This document shows positions 1 to 10,900 of a DNA stretch of 64,000 nucleotides, one piece after another. A model generated the notes under the pieces. It made no database searches. It worked only from the letters and a program-made list of their open reading frames with translations, and was not told the origin of the DNA. The stretch lies in the IMG/VR virus record IMGVR_UViG_3300000553_000015. One strand, 5' to 3'. Both the position numbers and the translations under genes were made by a program. Position 1 is the stretch's first letter. Each line of letters begins with the position of its first letter. The DNA comes from a virus (taxonomy: Duplodnaviria; Heunggongvirae; Uroviricota; Caudoviricetes).

Positions 1-304
1 GTACTGCTTCTGCTGCTAATATTGCAGTAACCTCAGCTAATAAAGATGCATTATCCCAAGTAGCTGCTACTTCATCGTATGAAGTACCATTCCATACATT
101 AATTCCTCTACGACTTGAACCACGAACAGTAGCCTCTCCATTTGGACGTGTATCAGTAACAAATGGCCCTAATTCAATTTCAACTCTTACAAATTTATTT
201 GTAATTGATTCATGAATGTCTGTAATAATGAACTCGTTAGTAGCTCTACGTTCTGTTAAAACTATTTCACCTTCAAAGGTTTGTGCTGTTGTTAAATCTG
301 TCAT
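1..304 (-). CDS. hypothetical protein, C-terminus outside window (N-terminal 101 aa: MTDLTTAQTFEGEIVLTERRATNEF...)
   Basis: Open minus-strand frame from ATG at 304 to window edge; strong AGGAG SD 7 nt upstream (revcomp of 309-313); not in ORF track because no in-window stop. Confidence 0.5.
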   Translation of the reverse strand, partial: MTDLTTAQTFEGEIVLTERRATNEFIITDIHESITNKFVRVEIELGPFVTDTRPNGEATVRGSSRRGINVWNGTSYDEVAATWDNASLLAEVTAILAAEAV

Positions 305-313
305 TTAATTCTC

Positions 314-1186
314 CTATAATTGTTTATTTATTTTATTATTAACTCTGTTAGTTAAAATATTGGTTGAAATCCAGTTTAATTCTTTTTTTATGGGTGGATC
401 ATATTTCCAAAAAGAAGCTTGTTCATAGTGTTTCCATAAATCCGGTGGTAGTATAGTATTACGTTCTATGTATTCTACTTTTTTACGAATATTATGTAAC
501 CCTATTATATTTGCTTGATCATCAAATTCATCATATGAATCTTCAACATTATTATAATCATGTTCAAACCATTGTTCACCTAGAAATTCATAAATTTGTT
601 TCATAGTTGAATCTGGTGATTTTACTAATGTATCATATTCGACATAACAAATTTGGTTTCTTTCATTTGAATGCATCGATTGTTTAACATTATCTAATGG
701 ACTTACTACATATCCAGGATTATTATTAAAATTGCCCATTAACATATGGGTTCTTTCATAAACATTTGCTAATTGTTGATGATTATATAATGGTTTTACC
801 GTAAATGGGTTTTTGTTATTTAATTGTTCAAATGAATCAAGAATCCATGGGATATCACGAACACATACTATCATCTTAAATTTTGGATATATTTCAGATA
901 ATAATGCAGTATTACTAGTCCATACTCTATTAGTATTGAAACATACTTCTGAAGAATCACTATAGAAACTATCAAATATTCCTCTAATAATCTCCTTACG
1001 TTTTTCAATAGAAACAGTTGAACCCATTCCTGCACCGATATGTGTATCTCTAATGATACCATCACAGTACAATGCAATTGGATCACTAATCCCTGCCGTA
1101 AAACGGGGATTTTGTTTCAATAAAGAACTTAACAATGTTGAACCAGACCTTGGAAGACCTGATATAAAATGATAAGTTCTATTCAT
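314..1186 (-). CDS. sulfotransferase-family protein
   Basis: N-terminal PAPS-binding 5'-PSB-like loop GLPRSGSTLL; size 290 aa; paralog of 4465..5259. Confidence 0.6.
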   Translation of the reverse strand: MNRTYHFISGLPRSGSTLLSSLLKQNPRFTAGISDPIALYCDGIIRDTHIGAGMGSTVSIEKRKEIIRGIFDSFYSDSSEVCFNTNRVWTSNTALLSEIYPKFKMIVCVRDIPWILDSFEQLNNKNPFTVKPLYNHQQLANVYERTHMLMGNFNNNPGYVVSPLDNVKQSMHSNERNQICYVEYDTLVKSPDSTMKQIYEFLGEQWFEHDYNNVEDSYDEFDDQANIIGLHNIRKKVEYIERNTILPPDLWKHYEQASFWKYDPPIKKELNWISTNILTNRVNNKINKQL

Positions 1187-2889
1187 TATGGTTTAGATAC
1201 TAACAAGTTTAGATCTGCAAGATACAAATATTTTATATCACTGTTTACTAATGTTACAAATGCATCAAACACTGAGTCAACTAATGGCTGTCCTGCAAGA
1301 TTAAAACTAGTATTAAATAATACTGGAACACCAGTTAATTCATTAAATGCTGAAATTAATTCATAATATTTGCTATTATTTTCGGGTGATACTGTTTGAA
1401 CTCGACAAGTATTATCAACATGAGTTACTGCTGGTATAATATCTACCTTTTCTGGTAGTACATCAACGGCATACATCATAAATGGTGATTCAAGCAACCC
1501 AGCCATATCAAACCATTCTGATGCGTGTTCAACTAACACCGACCCAGCAAATGGTCTAAACCATTCACGATGTTTAACTTCATTTACGATATCTTTACCA
1601 TCAGGTCTTCTTGGATCAAATAATATACTTCTATTACCTAATGCACGTGGTCCACCTTCAGCTTGTCCTTGAAATAATGCTACAATATTACCTTCTTCAA
1701 TTAATTCAGCAATATCTTTTACTGATACATCACTAAACTGTAAATCTGGAACTAATGGTTTAATATTTTCTAATTGATTGTAATCAGGTGCTAAACTTAA
1801 ATAAACAGATTTTAATGGTCTGATTTCATTATCATGTTCGTGTTCATACCAAGCATACTTTGCCAATCCTATTGCAGTTCCACCATCGTGTGCAATTGGG
1901 TCAACATAGATATTAAGTTCTGGAAATCTTTTAACTATCTTATAATTAGCCACACAGTTTAATCCAAACCCACCTGAAATTACAATATTTGTTTCACCAG
2001 TTATATCAACTGCTTTTTGAATCAAATTAAATATTTGTTCTTCGGTATCTTTTTGAACTTTATATGCTAGATTTTTAGCTTGGTCTGTTACCAACGAAAA
2101 GTCATTGTGCCATTCTTTAGGAACAATAAATCTTTTTAGATATGGGTTTGAATTTTCATCAATATAGGCACCAGCTGGATAATTTGCAATTAATAAATTC
2201 TTATTACCTTTTCCATTAATGAAAAAATCTGGAATGTTCTCATCATCACATCCATATGGAGCTAATCCCATAGTTTTACCAGCTTCTATAAAACCAAATC
2301 CTAAGTAATCGGAAACAGCTTCATAAGATTTAGTAATAGTTACAGAGCCATCAAATTCTTGTATACCATTATCATAATACATTCCGTTATGTAATCCATT
2401 TGAATACCGTTTATATACAGCATTAAATTCATTTGGATATGAACAATGGTAAATTGTTTCAGTTTCATAACCAGAAACTTCCGCACCATTTTCATTAACT
2501 TGTTCTCTATGAATAGACCCAGCACCATCTACTACAATCGCAGCAGCAGTTTCAAATCCTGAATTATAAAATGCACCAGATGCATGACCTAAGTGATGTA
2601 AGTGACCCATTTTAGTAACTTTGATATTTGGATTGAATTTTCTTGCAAGTGCCGTATATGGATCTTCATTGGTCCACAATACTTGCGCGAAATCTGTCAT
2701 AGTACCACCAATTACTAATTCATCAACTTGATGTGATTGAAGTATTGGTAACATTGCTCTAAAAGGGTTCCCATCATATTTTAATCTACTAATACGTTCT
2801 TCTTCTGAATAATAAACTAGTTCACCATCTATTACTAACGCTGCAGATCCATTATGCCCTGGGTTGATTGCTAAAATCGTATATGCCAT
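1186..2889 (-). CDS. carbamoyltransferase (NodU/CmcH/TobZ family)
   Basis: 567 aa; N-term MAYTILAINPGHNGSAALVIDGELVYYSEEERISRLKYDG typical of NodU-type O-carbamoyltransferases; ATGA start/stop overlap with downstream gene. Confidence 0.7.
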   Translation of the reverse strand: MAYTILAINPGHNGSAALVIDGELVYYSEEERISRLKYDGNPFRAMLPILQSHQVDELVIGGTMTDFAQVLWTNEDPYTALARKFNPNIKVTKMGHLHHLGHASGAFYNSGFETAAAIVVDGAGSIHREQVNENGAEVSGYETETIYHCSYPNEFNAVYKRYSNGLHNGMYYDNGIQEFDGSVTITKSYEAVSDYLGFGFIEAGKTMGLAPYGCDDENIPDFFINGKGNKNLLIANYPAGAYIDENSNPYLKRFIVPKEWHNDFSLVTDQAKNLAYKVQKDTEEQIFNLIQKAVDITGETNIVISGGFGLNCVANYKIVKRFPELNIYVDPIAHDGGTAIGLAKYAWYEHEHDNEIRPLKSVYLSLAPDYNQLENIKPLVPDLQFSDVSVKDIAELIEEGNIVALFQGQAEGGPRALGNRSILFDPRRPDGKDIVNEVKHREWFRPFAGSVLVEHASEWFDMAGLLESPFMMYAVDVLPEKVDIIPAVTHVDNTCRVQTVSPENNSKYYELISAFNELTGVPVLFNTSFNLAGQPLVDSVFDAFVTLVNSDIKYLYLADLNLLVSKP

Positions 2890-3818
2890 TATTTCACCTT
2901 TTTTTCTATATCAGTAACTATTGCTGTATATACATCATTTAATTCTTTATCTGAGAATGTCATTGATGCTTCATTTAATCTATTAGCTAATGTAGAATCT
3001 AATCCTGTAATTCTAATAGGACTATATTTCTTATTAGTTGTTTTATCCAAAATTTGGAAGTAATCTGGGTATGACGTATTAATTGGAAATGTTGATCCAA
3101 ATATTACTGTACCTGGTGTTCCAACAGCTCTCGCCATATGTTGTCCAACAGAATCTACACCAACAAAATAATCTGCTTCTTCAATTAGTGCACCCCACTG
3201 CCTTAAATCACAAGTATACTTTGCAGTATATGTATCAGCTTTTAATTGAAATTCAGGTTCACCAAAGAATACCAAATTATACTTCATTGATAGTTTTTTT
3301 ACAAGAGTTAAATAATCTTTAGAACTCAAACTACGAGATTCTTCATCCATAACTTCTTCTTTTTCTACTTTTGCACCACGTCCAAATGGTTGAAATATAA
3401 TAGTTTTTTGTCTCTTTTGTATACCTCTTAGATCACTAATTGTATTTTTTGCAACAAGACGTTCTTGTTTATTAAACACCATGGATGGTGGTGACAAATC
3501 ACTATGATCTAATGTATTGTTAATTTCTCTATCAAATGCTTGAACTAATGAGATTTCTTGTCTAAAGTATGCAGGTACTCTGTATGGTTCTGGTGTAACA
3601 ATTTGATCTGAATTCTTAACGACATTATCAAATACACCTTTTGTATCCAAATTATAGGATCTATCTTGTAACTCTGGAATACCCCAAAGTAAAAAATCCC
3701 ATGCACCGACTAATACTGCCCAATCAGTGTTTGGATTTAATCTATCATATTTTAATAATGCTGGTATCGCTGCGATAACACGTCCTGCACCACCATCTAA
3801 AAAAAATATTTTTTTCAT
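2889..3818 (-). CDS. glycosyltransferase family 9 (heptosyltransferase-like)
   Basis: C-terminal GVDSVGQHMARAVGTPGTVIFGSTFP matches GT9 GxDSGxxHLAAAxGxPxxxLFGPT signature. Confidence 0.6.
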   Translation of the reverse strand: MKKIFFLDGGAGRVIAAIPALLKYDRLNPNTDWAVLVGAWDFLLWGIPELQDRSYNLDTKGVFDNVVKNSDQIVTPEPYRVPAYFRQEISLVQAFDREINNTLDHSDLSPPSMVFNKQERLVAKNTISDLRGIQKRQKTIIFQPFGRGAKVEKEEVMDEESRSLSSKDYLTLVKKLSMKYNLVFFGEPEFQLKADTYTAKYTCDLRQWGALIEEADYFVGVDSVGQHMARAVGTPGTVIFGSTFPINTSYPDYFQILDKTTNKKYSPIRITGLDSTLANRLNEASMTFSDKELNDVYTAIVTDIEKKVK

Positions 3819-4468
3819 TATGTTTTCCTTTCAAATAAAATATCAGTTTGTATCAAGTTTCCTTGTACATCGTATGACATATCATATATGTCTTTTGCTT
3901 TATAGTTTAATGTATCTAATTTATTCATCACCTCTAAAAAAAGTGGTGACCCTTCATTATAATTAATCCAAGAACATTCTATTAAAATAAATCTTGGTTG
4001 TTTTGTTTCTAAGAACCTTATAGCACCAGCAAGGATTAGTAACTCTGACCCTTGTGTATCAAGTTTTATTAGTCCATTATTTTTCCAATTACCATAAAAA
4101 TTATGAGTTTCATTTAATGTATCTAATGTAACCATTTGTTTTTTAATAATTACAGTTGATAACTCTGAATAATGGTGTGTCAATTCTTTAAATATGGAAC
4201 TTCCAGTTGTTATTTTATTTTCATTTAATGTATAATAATCGACTTCTTTTCCATCTATATCACCTAGTAAACTTATAATAGCATTTGGTTGTAAAAAACC
4301 TAATTGCCTTTCATCTGCTTCAAATTGATTTACTATTGCAGTAGACCATACTGATTTTATTGTATCAGTAAAGTCTCCTCGATATGCACCTATATCTAAT
4401 ACATATTGTATATGAATACCCTGTGATTTTAATTGTGTAAACTTATTTCTAAATGCTTCTATTATCAT
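3818..4468 (-). CDS. FkbM-family methyltransferase
   Basis: VLDIGAYRGDFT SAM-binding motif, 216 aa, FkbM-domain architecture. Confidence 0.55.
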   Translation of the reverse strand: MIIEAFRNKFTQLKSQGIHIQYVLDIGAYRGDFTDTIKSVWSTAIVNQFEADERQLGFLQPNAIISLLGDIDGKEVDYYTLNENKITTGSSIFKELTHHYSELSTVIIKKQMVTLDTLNETHNFYGNWKNNGLIKLDTQGSELLILAGAIRFLETKQPRFILIECSWINYNEGSPLFLEVMNKLDTLNYKAKDIYDMSYDVQGNLIQTDILFERKT

Positions 4469-5259
4469 TTATTCCAAAAATCCAGTTTCATGTTCGTATA
4501 TAAATTTGTTAACTCATGCCCTATTATCAATTCTGGAGATGGACTAGTTCGTTTCATAATACTTCTTACCTCGTGTAATCCTTTCATTCCACCGTGATAG
4601 TCATCATTTTCTTTCATCGGTTGTAGATTATCCAACTCTATATTAATAGTATCAGCGTTTATAAAATCGCAAATTTTATTCATAGTTTCTTGACTATTGT
4701 TTACTATATCATCATACTCTACTATAAGTAAATCAACATCAGGGGAATTAAACCCTATTCTTGCACTATTGTATGGACCATTAATATATTTCTCCCATAA
4801 AAGTTTACATCTATTTTTATTGTTTATAGGAAGGTTATTATCGATTAAATCCTGATCAACAAATGTTATTTTGTCAGAATTTTTATTGATTAGAATAATG
4901 TACGATGCTAAAATTTCGGGAATGCTTCTAACGGTGCATATTACTTTTGGTTTACTCCCTAATACTTCTGTCATTAACTTACCATGTCTTGGCCACAATC
5001 TATTTTTATCAATGATTATTGATTTATCAATATGTTCATATGCACCATAACATATTCCTTTGACCATATTTGGATATTGTTTTATATCAGGTTTTATTAA
5101 AGCTGCTGAAATATTTGGCCAATTTTGATTTAATATTTCTATTAAGTCAATAACTGGTGAAGTAGTTGATGCATGAATATCTGGGTGTTGGTTTATCATA
5201 GAACATAATACCGATGACCCAGATCTGGGTAAGCCGGATAACATAATAAATTGTTTCAT
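4465..5259 (-). CDS. sulfotransferase-family protein
   Basis: LSGLPRSGSSVLCSM P-loop-like PAPS motif; paralog of 314..1186. Confidence 0.6.
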   Translation of the reverse strand: MKQFIMLSGLPRSGSSVLCSMINQHPDIHASTTSPVIDLIEILNQNWPNISAALIKPDIKQYPNMVKGICYGAYEHIDKSIIIDKNRLWPRHGKLMTEVLGSKPKVICTVRSIPEILASYIILINKNSDKITFVDQDLIDNNLPINNKNRCKLLWEKYINGPYNSARIGFNSPDVDLLIVEYDDIVNNSQETMNKICDFINADTINIELDNLQPMKENDDYHGGMKGLHEVRSIMKRTSPSPELIIGHELTNLYTNMKLDFWNK

Positions 5260-5954
5260 AATTGTTTTTTAATAGGGGTATTAATTTTATCAATAATATT
5301 ATTTTTATACCAAGACCTAAAATCACCAGTAAACTTTTTTGGACCAGAATGATTGCAAGTTATTGCTGTATCTAACCAAACTTTAAACCCACCTTCTTTT
5401 AACTTATCAAACATATGAATGTCTTCACTGTGTAATAATTGGTTCTTAATAACTACATCAAATATCATTCTTCTTTCTTTGCCATCTTTTGGGTCAACAT
5501 AATATTCACTTGAGTCCCATAAGTATTGCAGTGCATTCTTACTTAATTTTACAAAACCAGTACCAAGACCATCAACTTCTAACAATCCAGATTCTGAAAC
5601 TATTGGTGTTATACTTAATTGTCTTACAACATATTCTTCTATTGAACTCTTTTTAGGATATGTTCCACCTACTACCTCTTCATTGTAGTTTAACAACGTG
5701 AACAACTGCTCTGGTTCCCATTCTATATCAGAGTCAATGAAAACTAAGTCATCGCATTCCATTTCAAGTGCTAACGCTACTGTATCATTTCTAGCACGTT
5801 GTAGTAATGCATCAAAACTTATCCAAATTGGAATTATTTCAATATCTAAATTTGATTTTGCGATTATTTTGAGTGTTTTGACTAAACTGTTTGTATACCA
5901 CACATCTACTTGCCCAGAGTAACATGGTGTTCCAATCATTACTTTTCTTGTCAT
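5256..5954 (-). CDS. putative GT-A fold glycosyltransferase (GT2-like, DxD)
   Basis: MIGTPCYSGQV N-terminal Rossmann start, DDLVFIDSDIEW DxD-like acidic motif. Confidence 0.4.
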   Translation of the reverse strand: MTRKVMIGTPCYSGQVDVWYTNSLVKTLKIIAKSNLDIEIIPIWISFDALLQRARNDTVALALEMECDDLVFIDSDIEWEPEQLFTLLNYNEEVVGGTYPKKSSIEEYVVRQLSITPIVSESGLLEVDGLGTGFVKLSKNALQYLWDSSEYYVDPKDGKERRMIFDVVIKNQLLHSEDIHMFDKLKEGGFKVWLDTAITCNHSGPKKFTGDFRSWYKNNIIDKINTPIKKQL

Positions 5955-5959
5955 ATTGT

Positions 5960-6607
5960 TTATAATTGTTTTTGTTTGAGTTTACTAATTAACGTTTGAT
6001 AGGTATCAACAACGATTGATACATTTGGTCCTAAATAATTGTCCATAAAAATATCATAGTTGATATTACCATTCCATTCATATCTAATTTCTGCTTGAAG
6101 TGGGTTAAATTTTATTGAATTATTTACTAACGATGATAATAATTCTAATTTTGGAATTACTAGCATTTTATTATCAATGATGTCAAACATCCATCTATGG
6201 TGAATATATCCCAGCCAGTCGTTGCTTTCAACTTTACTTAACTCAGTTCTTAAACTTGGCATTGTTATAATGCCAGCTTTTGCTATTTTTGGTAAGAAAT
6301 CTAATGCTAAGAATGGATTATACACATCTTCTAAGGTATGTGTACATATTGCATAATCATACATTCCATTTATTTCAACGTAATCTAATAATTTCTGCCA
6401 TTCTTGAAATACACAAATATCAAGTTGCATACTATTTTCTGATGATTCTATATTTTTATCTACAATCATATCAGAAATATCTTTAGACCAGCCATTTACT
6501 GCACCACCGATATCTATAACTTTAAAAGTGGATGATTGTTTTGACTTTGAAACAATATCTATTATATATTGTCTCCCATCATTTACTGAACCGTATGTTA
6601 TTTGCAT
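5960..6607 (-). CDS. putative class I SAM-dependent methyltransferase
   Basis: VIDIGGAVNGW motif I-like and DYAICTHTLEDVYNP motif IV-like. Confidence 0.4.
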   Translation of the reverse strand: MQITYGSVNDGRQYIIDIVSKSKQSSTFKVIDIGGAVNGWSKDISDMIVDKNIESSENSMQLDICVFQEWQKLLDYVEINGMYDYAICTHTLEDVYNPFLALDFLPKIAKAGIITMPSLRTELSKVESNDWLGYIHHRWMFDIIDNKMLVIPKLELLSSLVNNSIKFNPLQAEIRYEWNGNINYDIFMDNYLGPNVSIVVDTYQTLISKLKQKQL

Positions 6608-7509
6608 ATATTATTAAAAAAATTATTCCATTCGGTTGCACGATTGGTCCATGAATATTGATCATTAAACCACTTACTTTGTTTATTATAACACTCTGGT
6701 GAATAGTTGTCAATCTCTTTTTTTAATAATTCTGCATAACTGTGTACTAGATCTTGTCTATTATTGGTAAACTCAATATAAGATGCCCAATCACCGCACG
6801 TTTCTTTTAATGCACCGTAATCGGTTGTAACAATTTTACATCCTGCCGAACCAGCTTCAATTGCTGCTAGACAACTAGTTTCTTCAAAGATACTAGGATA
6901 TGCTAAGATATGTGCTTGTTGAACTGCTTTATGAACTGCCTTGTTCATTGCATAACCTTTATAAACTACATTTTTCATAGTTTTACATCTATGAAATAAT
7001 GGTTCAAATGCATTTCCTACATTAGCACTGTAATCTTTACCATAAATGATATTAGATGAATAAACATGAAGTTCTACCTCATTATTGTTTATTAGGTCAA
7101 ATGCATCTAGTAAAATGTCTAATCCACGGAATGGCATTGAAGTATAGATTAATCTAATTTTATTGGTTGGTTTTTCTATGAATTCTATTTCTGGAATAGC
7201 ATTTCTAATAACGTGATTATTGCAATGATCTATATTAAATTTTTCTTTAAATTGATTTAATTGCCAATTACTAACATATACAAAATGATCTATATTATTG
7301 ACAAATTCTGGGTAATTCATACCTAGTGTAACGCCTTGATCGGTCATTACATGTTGCCATACTATATTAGTTTTATTTTGGTATATCAGCGATGGGTCAC
7401 ATCTACTAAGAATGATGTTTGTTTTGTCTGGGTTATATTCATCAACAAATTTTAAGAAGTTGTTGAATAGTATTTCTGTGCCGCCGTTTGGTTTCATAAT
7501 AATATCCAT
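6598..7509 (-). CDS. glycosyltransferase family 4 (GT-B)
   Basis: FEETSCLAAIEAGSAGCKIVTTDYGALKE matches GT4 E-x7-E / glycos_transf_1 signature. Confidence 0.6.
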   Translation of the reverse strand: MDIIMKPNGGTEILFNNFLKFVDEYNPDKTNIILSRCDPSLIYQNKTNIVWQHVMTDQGVTLGMNYPEFVNNIDHFVYVSNWQLNQFKEKFNIDHCNNHVIRNAIPEIEFIEKPTNKIRLIYTSMPFRGLDILLDAFDLINNNEVELHVYSSNIIYGKDYSANVGNAFEPLFHRCKTMKNVVYKGYAMNKAVHKAVQQAHILAYPSIFEETSCLAAIEAGSAGCKIVTTDYGALKETCGDWASYIEFTNNRQDLVHSYAELLKKEIDNYSPECYNKQSKWFNDQYSWTNRATEWNNFFNNICK

Positions 7510-7548
7510 ATCTAGATATTTAGATGTACGCAGCGGCTCTAAAAATAT

Positions 7549-7902
7549 TTAAAACATAAAAAACATTGTGCTTGGAATAATGGGAGCAACAGTAAAAATC
7601 CAATTGGTATTATTACTAACATTTGTTGAAGTAGTTCCTGCATACCAATGAAGTGTTGGTGAGGCTGTACTATCTTTAATACTTAAATAACCTAAATCAT
7701 TGACTCCACCTGTTGTTGCCAACATCGCAGTAGTGTTTAATGCGGATTGATAGGGTATTGTGCCTAATGAACCACCACCCAAGTTAGTAGAAACTGAAGG
7801 TGTTGTAACCTGCCACTGAGTCTTTGCTAAATTGTAAGTGTATTGATTGCCAGCTAATGTTACTACCTGTCCATTGGTAGGTGATGATGGAAAATCTATC
7901 AT
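7549..7902 (-). CDS. hypothetical S/T/G/N-rich protein downstream of tail fibre gene
   Basis: ORF with ATGA overlap to fibre gene stop; composition like fibre tip/assembly proteins. Confidence 0.4.
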   Translation of the reverse strand: MIDFPSSPTNGQVVTLAGNQYTYNLAKTQWQVTTPSVSTNLGGGSLGTIPYQSALNTTAMLATTGGVNDLGYLSIKDSTASPTLHWYAGTTSTNVSNNTNWIFTVAPIIPSTMFFMF

Positions 7903-10900
7903 TTGCTTGCTCCCATTAGGCTTCTTAATTCATCAATTTGAATCTGTTGTTCTTTAAATCCCTGTATCAATAATGGTATAAGTTTATCATAATATACTGT
8001 AAGATACTTATCATTAATAGGAGCAGGTACAACAATTTCAGGTAATACTTTCTGAACAGATTGTGCAGAAACTCCGACTTCTCTTTTAACTATATATCCT
8101 AATTCTTGGGCAGTTTCATTTGCCTCATAGTAGAATCCATCAAGTGACATAATCTTTTCTATTGCATTTTCAATAATTCCAAGTTTAGTTTTTAATCTAT
8201 CATCAGAATAATATGCAGTAATGGTATTAGTTGCTCTTATTTCACCTGCCGTAGCAGATGCTGGTGTACCAATACCCAGCGAGTTTAATTGTACGTTAGA
8301 TGCAGTTGTATATGGTGTACCTCCTGAAGGAGTAGCCCAAATAGGCGCGGCTCCGCCTTGTGATGTTAATACTTGTCCTGTAGTACCAACTGCAGTATAT
8401 GCAAGTGCAGTACCTGTACCATACCCTGCGCCGCCCAATGTAGGAGTTGCAGTAGAATTAGTTCCACCATTTGCTATAGCAAGAGTTCCTGCTAAAGTTA
8501 TTGCTCCTGAAGTTGCTGTAGAAGGAGTTAAACCAGTAGTTCCTCCACTAAATGTAGTAACCCCAGTAGATGCAGTTAAATAAGAACCTGCCGGTTGTTT
8601 ATTATTAAAAGTGTTCCAATCAGTTGAAGTTAGATATCCACTTGCAGAAGTAGTTGCTGCAGGAATACCTATAGAAACTGCGGCAGAACCATTATAACTA
8701 GTTCCAGTTAATGGTGAACTAATAGTTAATGTGTTTAAGTTAGAACCAAGTGAAACTCCTGAAATAGTACTAGATGCTAACTTAGTAATTGTAATTGCCG
8801 CAGATGAAGATATATCTAAATCTGTAATAGTACCAGCAGCAATCATTGTTCCTGTAACAGTTCCAGTATCACCTGTAGTAATTATAGTGCCACTTACATC
8901 AGGAACTGTTAATGTTCTAGTAGTTGCTGTAGTTATACTTGATAATTGAAACTGTAATTTTTTAGTAGCATCAGTTTCATCAATAAAAAATGTTGTACTA
9001 TCTGATAATGATTTATTGGTAAGAGTCTGAGCAGTTGTTGTATATACACCATTAGTTACAGTTCCAGCATTACCACCAATACTTAAATTAGTAACTGGAG
9101 TTGTAGATGTCACTGTTAATGGTGCGGTTCCAGTAGCTATAGTTGATTTTATCACGGTTCCAGTTATGGAACCATTGACTTGTAGTTTATCAGTTAGTGC
9201 AGATGTTATACCAATACCTACGTTACCAGAACTATCAATAACTTGTCTTACATTTCCAGCACCATCTGCGAGTATAATATAATTCGAACCAGTAGCTGAT
9301 ATTGGGGCAGCTGACCCTGTATAACTTCCAATAACTACGTTATTAACCCCAGTGGTAATAGCAGCTCCAGCACAAAATCCAACTGCAATGTTATTACCAG
9401 TTGCATTACTGTTATATAATGAACAATATCCAATTGCTACTGAGTTAGAACCAGTTGTGTTGTTCTGGAGTGCATTCACACCAACGGCTGAGTTATAACT
9501 ACCAGTTGTGTTATAATAGAGTGCATTCACACCTACTGCTGAGTTTTGGATACCTGTTGTGTTGCTATAGAGTGCGCCACCCCCACTAGCTGTGTTGTAG
9601 TTGCCTGTGGTGTTGTAATAGAGTGCTTGCACCCCACTAGCTGTGTTGAAGCTGCCCGTGGTGTTGCTCTGGAGTGCGCTCACCCCACTAGCTGTGTTGT
9701 TGTAGCCTGTGGTGTTGTAATAGAGTGCATTCACACCTACTGCTGAGTTTTGGATACCTGTTGTGTTGCTATAGAGTGCGCCACCCCCACTAGCTGTGTT
9801 GTAGTTGCCTGTGGTGTTGTAATAGAGTGCATTCACACCTACTGCTGAGTTTTGGATACCTGTTGTGTTGCAATATAGTGCATAACCACCCATAGCAACG
9901 TTACCAGCACCTGCTGTATTAGCTATTAAAGAACAATACCCAATTGCAATATTATTAAGACCAGTAGAAGCAGAGTTTAAACCACCAATACCTAAACTGC
10001 AATATGAGTTTAATCCTGGTGTAATACCTGTTAAGTTAGCACCACTTATTGTACCAAGTGAACCGCACCATGTACCAGTGGTAACAGTTCCAACAGCAGT
10101 TAAACTGCTAGAGGTAACAGCACTTGCTAGTGTTCCAGTTAAATTAGCAGCATTTAGATTTGTAATATTTGTGCCATTAACAGCACCGATACTTCCACAC
10201 CAAGTACCAGTTGTAACAGTTCCTACACAAGTAATTGAAGTTCCAGTTTGAACTATTGTACCATTGATACATAATCCATTATTATCAACTTTCATTCTCA
10301 AACAGTTACCAGCTTGGACTGCAAATGTGCACGCTAATGCAGCAGACCCACCGTATGAACCAAGTATAATGTTTCCTATACCAGAAGTAATAGAAACACC
10401 TGAGCAGAACCCTAATGCAATATTATTACCAGTTGAATTTGTGTTGTATAATGCACACCCACCGATAGCAATGCTATTAGAACCAGTTGTATTCAATACT
10501 AATGCCTGGTATCCTTGTGCAATATTTGTATTACCAGTAGTATTACAATATAAAGAACAATATCCACCTGCAATATTATTGTTTCCAGCAGTATTTCCTT
10601 TAAGTGCCGCATATCCTTGTGATATGTTATTAGATCCAGTGGTATTACAATAAATTGTACAGTATCCTATTGCTATGTTATTATTACCAGTGGTATTACC
10701 ATATAACGATTTACATCCAATTGCTGTATTATTATTACCAATGCTATTTCTAGATAATGCAGCACAACCTTGTGCAAAGTTATTATTACCACTAACATTT
10801 TGACCTAATGCATTATAACCTTGTGCAAAATTTGATGATCCAGTAGTATTGCAATAGAGTGATTGATAACCTAATGCAACATTACTTCCACCAGATGTAT

